DNA of 61,987 nucleotides, filler included, from Pirum gemmata (Eukaryota): NCBI GenBank assembly GCA_002812295.1. It is 24 parts of 24 records of this genome, joined end to end, with 100 filler letters (N's around TTAATTAATTAA, not from the genome) between each part and the next. Parts side by side here need not be neighbours in the genome. Positions count along the whole stretch, not along the records: positions 52,186 to 54,571 come from PDIN01006557.1; positions 54,672 to 57,080 come from PDIN01006558.1; positions 57,181 to 59,499 come from PDIN01006559.1; positions 59,600 to 61,987 come from PDIN01006560.1; 20 more parts are not named here. One strand, 5' to 3'. Shown piece by piece: positions 52,289 to 61,987 of this stretch (position 1 is its first letter; each line of letters starts with the position of its first letter). The notes under the pieces were generated by a model. It saw only the letters and a program-made list of their open reading frames with translations, ran no database searches and was not told where the DNA came from. The position numbers and the translations under genes were made by a program.

Positions 52289-52845
52289 AGTTGACTTCTA
52301 AACTTGAACTTTTTCAGCGTCTGGCGGAGTGTCCAGTTTGCTTGTCTTCCAAATCAGACAGAATCAGTTGTGCTTTGCCTTGTGGTCACGTGACATGTAA
52401 AAAGTGTATTAATGTTTTATGTTCTAATTCAAATATAAAATATACTTTACAAAACAATTGTAATGCAAATAACAAAAGTAATCAAAACATTGACAATAGC
52501 ACTGATGATAATAATTGCAATGATGATGATGAAAATAATGCTAATAATAATAATAATGATAATACAACAACTGAAACTATCACTAGTGATAGTAATAAAA
52601 CAAATAGAATAATTATTGATACTAATAAAAATGATGCCAATACCAATGATAACAATACTAGCGTTGATGACAGTAAGAATAATGATATTGCTAATAGTAA
52701 CAATGATAAAAGTAATACCAACAATAATGTCGATGATAGTGATGGCGGGGTTGCTGAATATAATAATGGTTTGCGTAATAATGCTGTTAATAATAGTGAA
52801 AATGCTAGTGCTACAGTTTCTTCTAATGGCAATATTATAAAAGAA

Positions 52846-52882
<37 letters not shown>

Positions 52883-53112
52883 GTACCAAACATACCGATA
52901 ACAGTGTTGATGATTGTAGTCATCCTGATGGTGATGTAGATAGTGGTTCTGATAACGATTATGTAATTATTAGTAAAGATGTTAATGATGATGATGATGA
53001 TGATAATAATATTATTAATAATAATACAGACAAGGAGGATGATTCTTATTACGATTGTCCTGTGTGTAAAAAGCAATTTAAGAAAGCAGAAGTTAGAAAC
53101 GTATATATGTGA
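52289..53112 (+). CDS. Terminal exon encoding a C3HC4 RING finger split by a long N/D-rich insert
   Basis: TTTTCAG acceptor, then CPVC..ALPCGHVTCKKC, about 200 aa of low complexity, then CPVCKKQFKKAEVRNVYM*. Confidence 0.82.
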
Positions 53113-53214
53113 GTTTTTTTTTTTTTTTTTTGTTATTTTGTTTTTTAATTAATTGCGAACTACATACGTTTGTTAATAGATTTGATTTGGATTTAAAAAA
53201 GATTTATGCCCAGA

Positions 53215-53735
53215 GTGCGGTTTTAAAGTCACTAAAATGTGCCTTTTGGTTTTAAAGTCACTAAAATGTGCCTTTTGGTTTTAAAGTCACTAAAATGTGC
53301 CTAAAATGTGCCTTTTATTTTGTCTTCTATTTTAGTCATAGTTGTAAATAAGTAATTCATGGTTTAAGTTATCGCGGTTTTAAAGTCACTAAAATGTGCC
53401 TTTTATTGGTTTTAAAGTCACTAAAATGTGCCTTTTATTTTGTCTTCTATTTTAGTCATGGTTGTAAATAAGTAATTCATGGTTTTAAGTCATCGCGGNN
53501 NNNNNNNNNNNNNNNNNNNNNNNNNNNNNGCCTTTTATTGGTTTTAAAGTCACTAAAATGTGCCTTTTATTTTGTCTTCTATTTTAGTCATGGTTGTAAA
53601 TAAGTAATTCATGGTTTTAAGTCATCGCGGTTTTAAAGTCACTAAAACGTTTAAAGTCACTAAAATGTGCCTTTTATTTTGTCTTCTATTTTAGTCATGG
53701 TTGTAAATAAGTAATTCATGGTTTTAAGTCACAAT
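53215..53735. repeat. Nested tandem repeat (GGTTTTAAAGTCACTAAAATGTGCCTTTT core)
   Basis: A ~29-bp core within a ~120-130-bp unit. Confidence 0.85.
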
Positions 53736-54350
53736 TTAAGTCATTACAAACGAAAAACCAATTAAGGCTATTTTGATACCGCCATATAGTCATATACATT
53801 TCCGCGATTTCGGGCGACGGATTGTACAAAAAATGCGTAGACTTTTTTTCTCCTCCGAAATAGAAAAAAGGAGAATTTGAGTCAATACACTCATTTTTTT
53901 TTTTTTTTTGTATGTATACATCGTTTAATTCTTTTTTTGGCAGAATGAAAAAAAAAAAAAAAAGTTTACCATAACTGGTAGTATAAATAATAGTGAATTT
54001 ATAAATAAAAAGACACCAAATAAACGTTAATAGATGCTATTAAGACTTTTTTGTAGTAATATTTGTTATAAAGCTCGAGAAATCTAGCTCGAGCCTTAAT
54101 ATATGTACACAAATAATTAATTATTACGAGCGGAGGGACAATTCGCGTTTAAATTTTAAATTTAAAGTTGTCTAAAAATGTACCCCTTTGTCTAAAAATG
54201 TACCCTTTTGTCTAAAAATGTATCCTTTAGGTAAGGTCATTTTTTCTGTTCTTGGTCCAAAGCATAAAAAAAACTTTTTTTTTAAAAAAAAAATAAAAGT
54301 TTGGCTTGATTTTATTTTATTTGTTTTATTTATTACTTGGTATTTATCAC

Positions 54351-54562
54351 CAAGCCTCTCTCCCAATTCTGCTCGAGCCCGAAAACTCGAATTTTTGCTG
54401 TCGAAAAAAAAGCCGAAAATCAGTTTTTCCATTTTTTCGGATTTATAAATAGTAAATGTACTTGAATACTTAACTGTTAGCTTAAAATTTTCGAGCTTAT
54501 TTAATTAATGCATAGGCTCGAAAACTCGATTTTTTAAACAAAGCAGAATTGGGAGAAACCTG
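54351..54562. mobile_element. Family H TIR element (TCTCCCAATTCTGCT / AGCAGAATTGGGAGA), possibly hAT-derived
   Basis: 15-bp perfect inverted repeat near the ends with outer CA...TG termini. Second copy at 13399. Confidence 0.7.
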
Positions 54563-54795
54563 TTTATAAATNNNNNNNNNNNNNNNNNNNNNNNNNNNNN
54601 NNNNNNNNNNNNNNNTTAATTAATTAANNNNNNNNNNNNNNNNNNNNNNNNNNNNNNNNNNNNNNNNNNNNCATAATAATCAATCATAATAATCATAATA
54701 ATCATAATAATCATAATAATAAAACAATAATAATAATAATAATAATAATAATCAAACAAACAAACAAACAAACACACAAACAAACAATCAAACAG

Positions 54796-55227
54796 GTACG
54801 AAAACAGCCAACCCTTGAGACCCACTCTGAAGCGGAACCTTCCCCTACTAGTTCTCGCCAATCTTCGCGAAACTCCCTTAGTAGATCGCTTTATAATTTA
54901 TTCAACTCCAGTGAAAAACGAGCTTCCAAGCCACGTGCTGTTCGAGGTAAATTTAGTACAGCTATGACATCAACCAAATCTGAAAAAGAAACAATTGCTA
55001 AACTTAAACATACATTTTCTATGCTTGATATTACTTATAAGCAAAAAGAAGATTACTTATTTACATGCAAGAAAAAAGAAGGTCGTAAAACTATTGTAGC
55101 GTTTGATATAGAGCTATGTAGTATAGCCCAGTTGGGTATGTTGGGGGTGCAGTTTAAAAGGAAAAGTGGCGAAATGTGGCATTATCAAGAAATATGTAAT
55201 AATGTTTTAGAAATAGCTGAATTATAA
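54796..55227 (+). CDS. Terminal exon encoding the KA1 domain of a MARK/PAR-1/Kin1-family kinase
   Basis: CAG acceptor, Ser-rich linker, then KPRAVRGKFSTAMTSTK...FDIELCSIAQLGMLGVQFKRKSGEMWHYQEICNNVLEIAEL*. Confidence 0.88.
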   Translation, partial: VRKQPTLETHSEAEPSPTSSRQSSRNSLSRSLYNLFNSSEKRASKPRAVRGKFSTAMTSTKSEKETIAKLKHTFSMLDITYKQKEDYLFTCKKKEGRKTIVAFDIELCSIAQLGMLGVQFKRKSGEMWHYQEICNNVLEIAEL

Positions 55228-55425
55228 TGTTTTTTTTCTAAAAATAAATTAAAACTTTTTCAATAATAACACACGCTTAAGGAACGTTTATCAATGAAAT
55301 CACTCGTTTTGGTGTGGGGGAATGGGAATGGGAATGGGAATGGGAATGGGAAGGGGAATGGGAAAGGGGAATGGGAAAGGGGAATGGGAAGGGGAACGGG
55401 AAGGAAGAGGGAGAAGGGTACTAAT

Positions 55426-55790
55426 CAAAATAGTGATATCAATATGTAGTGTAGCCCAATTGGGTATGTTGGGGGTGTAGTTTTAGCTGAAAAGTGGTAC
55501 TAAATTTAGCGTTATCAAGAAATATGTAATAAATGTTAAAATAGTGTTATATGTAGTATAGCCCAATTGGGTATGTTGGGGATGCGGTTTAAGCTGAAAA
55601 GTGGTACTAAATGTGGCGTTATCAAGAAAAATATGTAATAATGTTTAAATAGTGATATATGTCGATTGTGTGGGTATATTGATGAGTGACGTTTAAACGA
55701 AAAAGTGATACCAAGTAACGGTTTAGTAGTATAGCCCAATCAATTGGGTATGTTGGGGGTGTAGTTTAAGCGGAAAAGTGTACTAAATAA
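55426..55790 (+). repeat. Decayed tandem copies of the last ~110 bp of the KA1 exon
   Basis: TAGCCCA(G/A)TTGGGTATGTTGGGG..GAAAAGTGG..TTATCAAGAAATATGTAATAA is shared with 55115-55215. Confidence 0.85.
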
Positions 55791-56134
55791 CGAAATAGTA
55801 TCAATAGTATACGTCCGATTTAAAATTCAATGAATGTGATGGGAACAAAAAGAAAATAAAAGATGAAGCGACATCATTTATTTATGAACACTGAAATTTT
55901 TTTATTTTTATTTTTTTTAACTACCAAGCCGGATAAAAATGGCGACATCCGCCATATGAGATCCGATTGATGGTACTACCAACATTTGAGAAATCGTCTA
56001 ACTAAGAAAACTCTATTTGGCTAGTTCGCATTAAAAGGTTTTTAGAAAAGAAGTCTTAAAAAAAAAAAAATGATTTCTATAGTTTTATCCGGCTTGGCTG
56101 TTGAAAAAAAAAAAAAATAAAAAAAGTTAAAAAA

Positions 56135-56168
<34 letters not shown>

Positions 56169-58589
56169 TAAAAAAAAAAAAATTTAAAAAAAAAAAATTA
56201 AAAAAAAAAATTAAAAAACAAACGTTTTAATATTTATTAATCACTAGTACTACAGTGATAGATTTAGTTTTAGTATTGAAGTTGTGGCTAATAATAAAAA
56301 ATATATGGGTTGGTAACTCCAAAAACAACACAATTATGGGTTGGGAAGTTTTTTAAAAAAATACGCGATTGTTAATCGAATCAAAAAGCTGGATCCTAAT
56401 TATTAAATAGTGACAATTTTGAAATGATAGTCTTTTTTTTTTCGAGTTTCAAGTATTTTCTATGAAATTTCTAAGAATTTTTAAGAATTTTTAGATAATC
56501 AAAAGCGAGTCAAATACTTAAAATTAGATCGGAATTTTTTGAAATTTTCAAACTAGTCTCGATTCGAAGGTTTTTCTCGTATTTTTAGGGATATGTTTTG
56601 AAAGGTATATTGTAAAATTTGCGTTCATAAGGATATTCTTGTAGTTGTTGATTATATACTAAGCCTAGCAGTTCATGCATTATGTGTTTGAAAACACATT
56701 GTTTTTTGTATTTTTGTTGTTATAGTTTTTGTTGAAAACCTCGAGTATGCATATAATAGATTTCCAAGTGTTTGTGGAAGTGTTGTGAAATTATTGGTAC
56801 CTAATTTAAAATGTTGATGACTTACTTATTGGTACCTAATTTAAAATGTTGATGACTTACTGGTTGTAGACCAAGGAGATACGGGAAAAACCATCGAATC
56901 GAGACTAGTTCGAAAATTTCGATTTTTTTTTTAAAAAAATAAAAAAAATAAAAATTAAGAGCTAAAATAAGTATTGTATTTTGGGTTAAGAATTTATGGT
57001 TTTCTTTTTCTTTCATTTTTCTTTCATTTTTTTAATTTTTTAATTTTTTTTTTTTAATTTTTTTATTTTTATTTTTATTTNNNNNNNNNNNNNNNNNNNN
57101 NNNNNNNNNNNNNNNNNNNNNNNNTTAATTAATTAANNNNNNNNNNNNNNNNNNNNNNNNNNNNNNNNNNNNNNNNNNNNTTGTTATTGTTATTGTTATT
57201 GTTATTGTTATTGTTTTTGTTATTGTTATTTTTGTTATTGTTATTGTTGTTATTGTTATTATTGTTATTGTTATTGTTATTGTTATTGTTAGTGTTAGTG
57301 ACAATTTTTTTTTTTTTTGAGCAAGTAGAAATCTGTCTAAAAAAGGGTAAAAAGCCGTTCTTAAAAAGGCAAAAAAAAAACATAGTGGACTAATACCCTT
57401 TTTTCACAAAAGCGAATTTAGTCAGAAATATGCTGATAAATATGGTAATACTAGCTAATTAATTACTACCAATATATTTATTCAAACCTAATGCAGTACA
57501 ATATTAATTACTACCAATATATTTATGTGCTACCAAAATAATTTATTAATGTCATACTTTTGCTTGTTTTGTATTGGTTATTAGTTTTGGTAGGTTGCTA
57601 AGGTTGGTACTTGGTGGTCATTCTATTTTACCTAATATAGTAAAATATTACTTTCTATTGATTTTCGTATTTAGAAATACAGAGATATAATGAGTATAAT
57701 AATATTATAATGGCAGTAGGGGTGAGATATCTACTGGAACAGTTACTTTTTTCGAACAGATGCTTATCGAGCCAACCTTAGTTCCGTGTGCTTTACTAAT
57801 AATAGCAGTTAAATAGCTTAAAATAGTAAATCTAAATATAGTAGTTACCAATAAAAGTAATAATATTAATACAAAACTTGTGGAGTTTAATAGCTGTAGA
57901 AAAACTAGTCTGTGTATATTTTCAAACAAATTACAGTACAGGAAGAAGTCATTTTTAAAAAAATTGTATATTTTTATTTGGTTTTATTATATTATTTATA
58001 TTTATATTATTAATACTTATCAAATAATTAACTCATAATATTAATTGCAACATTTACTTTATTGTTTGGTTTACCGGTCATACTAAAACTACAACATATC
58101 AAAATTACGCTTTTAATTAACACAAATTTTACTTTTACACATTTTTCCATTTTCAAGAGAGATTTTCCAATTATCCATTTTCAAGAGAGTTTTTTCTACT
58201 TTTCAATTTTCTTACTCTATTAAATTTTATACTATTCCATTACGATAGTCTTTACCACTATCACTCCGTTCACACTTGATAGACTATTTACTCTTGATAG
58301 ACCATTCAACAATACATAATAATAATAATAAGTACAGTTATTATTATTATTATAATCGATATAATTACAACATACAGTCAACAATACATAATAATAAGTA
58401 CAGTTATTATTATTATTATAATCGATATACCTACAACATACAGTCAATATTAATCATTAATTCTATTATTCATTATTTCTTACAATCATTAAACCAATCT
58501 ATATTCAATTATACATTATTAAATTTTCTTGCAATCATTAAATCAATCTATATTCTCAATCTATTCTACATTTAATATACTACAACACA

Positions 58590-58900
58590 ATTAATCAATA
58601 CTACTACTGCTCTATTACAACACTGTCAACATTCAATACTACAACACAAACTATTATAATACTATTACAACAACACTGTCAACATTCAATACTACAACAT
58701 AAACTATTACTATTACAACAGCACTGTCAACATTCTATACTACAACATTAACTATGACTATTACAACAACACATTAATACTATCAATACAACCACACTGT
58801 CAACATTCCATCCAATACCACAACACAAACTATTAATACTACAACTACACTGTCAACATTCAATACCACAACACAAACTATTAATGCTACAACTACAACC
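58590..58900. repeat. Minisatellite, unit ~50-60 bp (CACTGTCAACATTC core)
   Basis: The core recurs 5 times. Confidence 0.8.
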
Positions 58901-59699
58901 ATACAATTCTACTACAACCAACATTACATTCAATCCAATTCATACATTCAGTTCATACATTTAATTTATACATTCAGTTTATACTTAAGTCTTATTATTT
59001 ATCTCTTGACTTTCTTTGAGTCTATGACCTTCACTAGGCGACCAGTTATCTGTACACTTATTTATATATGCTTCACACTCACAAATCACATTATTTACTT
59101 AATTTAATTTACAGAATATGTTACACACTTGACATAGATACTGTTATTTTGCATTATTATTATAAATAAATTATTCTATAGACTAATTAACAAGTACTCT
59201 TTAATTTTAATCTATTACTATTATTAAAAACAATCACGTCAATTGTTACAAAAACAGTAGTACAACAGAATTAAGAAAAACCCATATGTGAGCTTGATGT
59301 TAAACTGAGCCAAAAGGAATCATCCTGTTTGGACCCAGTTTATCTTGTACTTAAGGCTTTCACGTGCCCGCTCAACACAAACTCCGGAATATTAATTTAA
59401 GTGCAAAGTTAGTATGTTTCGGAAACGAACAAATGAAACCAAGAAAAGTTAAATTTTTAATCCGATATGTTAAATTATTCTATATATTATTTTACAACCN
59501 NNNNNNNNNNNNNNNNNNNNNNNNNNNNNNNNNNNNNNNNNNNTTAATTAATTAANNNNNNNNNNNNNNNNNNNNNNNNNNNNNNNNNNNNNNNNNNNNT
59601 AATAATAATAATAATAATAATAATAATTCTAATGATTATTCCCAATTTTACAAGTAGAAGAAATCAAGAAAAAGCAAGAAAGTGAAAAAGCAAGCTGAT

Positions 59700-60900
59700 A
59701 ATAAATAAGTCATAGGTTGAAAATCAATAACCATGATGTCATTTACTTGATTGAATTTTGTAAATTAAAACTTATTGATCAGAAATGCTCGAAAAATTAA
59801 AAAAATAAGATCGAAAGTTTAAAATTTAGTTATGAAAATTAAAACCTTATGAATCAGAAATGCTCAAAAAATCAAAAAATAAGATCGAAAGTTCGAAATA
59901 TAGGTTTGAAAATTAAAACATATGAATCAGAAATGCTCGAAAAATTAAAAAAAAGTAGATCGAAAGTCGAAAATATAGGTTCGTAAATTAAGAAAATAGG
60001 ATCGAAAGTCGAAAATTTAGGTTTGAAAATTAAAACTTATAAATTAGAATTGTTCGAAATTTTAGAAAATAAGATCGAAAGTCGAAAAAGTATATTTTGT
60101 AGGTCTGAAATTTAAAAAATTAGAAAATTAAAAAATAAGATCGAAAATCAAAAGGGTAGGTTTGAAAATTAAAACCTTGTGAATCAGAAATTCTCGAAAA
60201 ATCGAAAAAAAAAAGGTCGAAAGTCGAAAATGTAAGTTTAAAAATTAAAACCTTATGAATTAGAAATGCTCGAAAAATAAAAAAATAAGATCGAAAGTCG
60301 AAAATTTAGGTTTGAAAATTAAAACTTATAAATTGGAAATGCTCGAAATTTTTAAAAATAAGATCGAAAGTCGAAAATGTATATTATGTAGGCCTGAAAT
60401 TTAAAAAATTAGAAAATCAAAAAATAAGATCGAAAATCAAAAGGGTAGGTTTGAAAATTAAAACCTTATGAATCAGAAATGCTCGAAAAATTGAAAAAAA
60501 AAAGGTCGAAAGTCGAAAATCTAAGTTTAAAAATTAAAGAAATGCTCGAAAAATCAAAAAATAAGATCCAAAGTCGAAAATGTAGGTTCGAACATTAAAA
60601 CTTATTAATCAAAAATGCTCGAAAAATTTTAAAAAAAGTAGATCGAAAGTCGAGAATGTAGGTTCGTAATCAGAAATGCTCGAAAAATTAAAAAAATAAG
60701 ATCGAAAGTTGAAAATTTAGTTATGAAAATTAAAACCTTATGAATCAGAAATGCTCAAAAAATCAAAAAATGAGATCGAAAGTTCGAAATGTAGGTTCGT
60801 AAATTAAAACATAAGAATCAGAAATTCTCGAAAAGTTAAAAAAATAAGATCGAAAGTCGAAAATTTAGGTTTGAAAAATTAAAAAGTGTGAATCAGAAAT
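59700..60900. repeat. Satellite, unit ~70-80 bp
   Basis: AAGATCGAAAGTCGAAAAT..AGGTTTGAAAATTAAAA..GAATCAGAAATGCTCGAAAAA recurs about 15 times. Confidence 0.9.
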
Positions 60901-60922
60901 AACAAACAAAAAGTTTGTTTCA

Positions 60923-60960
<38 letters not shown>

Positions 60961-61544
60961 AATTTTGAGAAATCCTCTTATCTATGAAAACTCTATTATG
61001 AATCAATGGCTATAGTGCTTTTCAGTTGTTTTGTCATCATAAAATAGTTCCAAATTAATACAATATAAATCCATTTCATTTAATTTGGTATATTTTATTA
61101 TTTATTTATTGATTTAAAAATGTCCAATTAAAGATTATAACCCTCCAAATAAATATTTGGCTAGTTAGCATTAAAGATTTTTAGAAAAAAACAATAAAAA
61201 CAATAACTATATATATATAGCAATTTATAATTATTATTAAACTTTCGATACAAGTTCTCCAAATCCTTGTACGTATATATACCGGTTTCCCGGTATTTTG
61301 TACCGGTTTCCCGGTATTTGTACCGGTTTTCCTGTGATTACCGGTTTATTCCCTGCGCTTTCGAATCACAAACTAATCTTGAAATTACATATACAATATG
61401 TAATCATCTTTTTTAATATGATAGTAGAGTGTTTTTCAATAGTGTTGCTCAGTGCATTTAGACACTTAAACAATACTGGAATGAAATAGACAATAATAAT
61501 CTATTGTTATTATGAAGATAATTATTAAGACAACTAACTATATA

Positions 61545-61691
61545 GGGAGATGCGGGAAAACCATCGAATCGAGACTAGTTCGAAACTTTCGAAATTTTTC
61601 GATCTAAGAATATTAATATCATTTCAAAATTGTCACTATTTAATAATTAGGATCGAGCTGTTTGATTCGATTATGTTTTCCAGTATCTCCC
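61545..61691. mobile_element. MITE family F deletion derivative
   Basis: TA-GGGAGATGCGGGAAAA...TTTTCCAGTATCTCCC-TA. Confidence 0.8.
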
Positions 61692-61987
61692 TAGTACCAG
61701 ACTTAATCTTCATACTTAGGGAACATACATTAATGACGCCATCATAAAAACACCACAGACCCCTCTTCCACCTTCTGACCTATCAGATGGAAATTATAAG
61801 CTTTCAGATTACGATGTAAGCCATTAAAATGGCAATCTAGAAAAAGGCTATTGCTATTTTTTAAAAAAAATCAAACTTTCTGTTTTGAGGCGATTTGGGT
61901 GAGTAACTACATATACATTTATTGCTATTATTATCATTACCACCATTACTGCTACTACTACTACTGCTATTATTATTATTATTATTA

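Noticed and set aside
52447..53076. Hydrophobic antisense ORFs
   Set aside because: Shadows of the N/D-rich RING insert.

Overview
This is not a contiguous locus. It is about 25 short (mostly 2.3-2.4 kb) contigs of a very AT-rich, microsatellite-dense, intron-containing eukaryote, joined by identical artificial 100-bp spacers (N44-TTAATTAATTAA-N44), so adjacency across spacers means nothing. The organism uses the standard code and TTAGGG-type repeats. It looks like a protist, but I cannot identify it. Apparently complete single-exon genes are an M6 metalloprotease with a small C-terminal Cys module, a PHO80/Pcl-like cyclin, a pectinacetylesterase/Notum-family esterase, a bacterial-type leishmanolysin-like protease, and a secreted protein of unknown function. 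Partial genes are a vWA start, a Ca-EGF type I membrane protein, three exons of AUH, a GST C-terminal exon, a split RING exon and a MARK/Kin1 KA1 exon. There are also a frameshifted pogo DDE transposase, a decayed LINE RT fragment, about ten families of MITE-like elements, many interstitial telomere-like arrays and several satellites. The best novelty candidate is the secreted protein at 47980-49338. It has a duplicated two-Cys domain, pentapeptide repeats and a 76-residue uncharged segment, which resembles a pore-forming toxin or fusogen. Next are complementary telomeric arrays in consecutive AUH introns, and tandem repeats derived from the ends of coding exons (GST, KA1). All family calls come from motif recognition by eye, and no searches were run.
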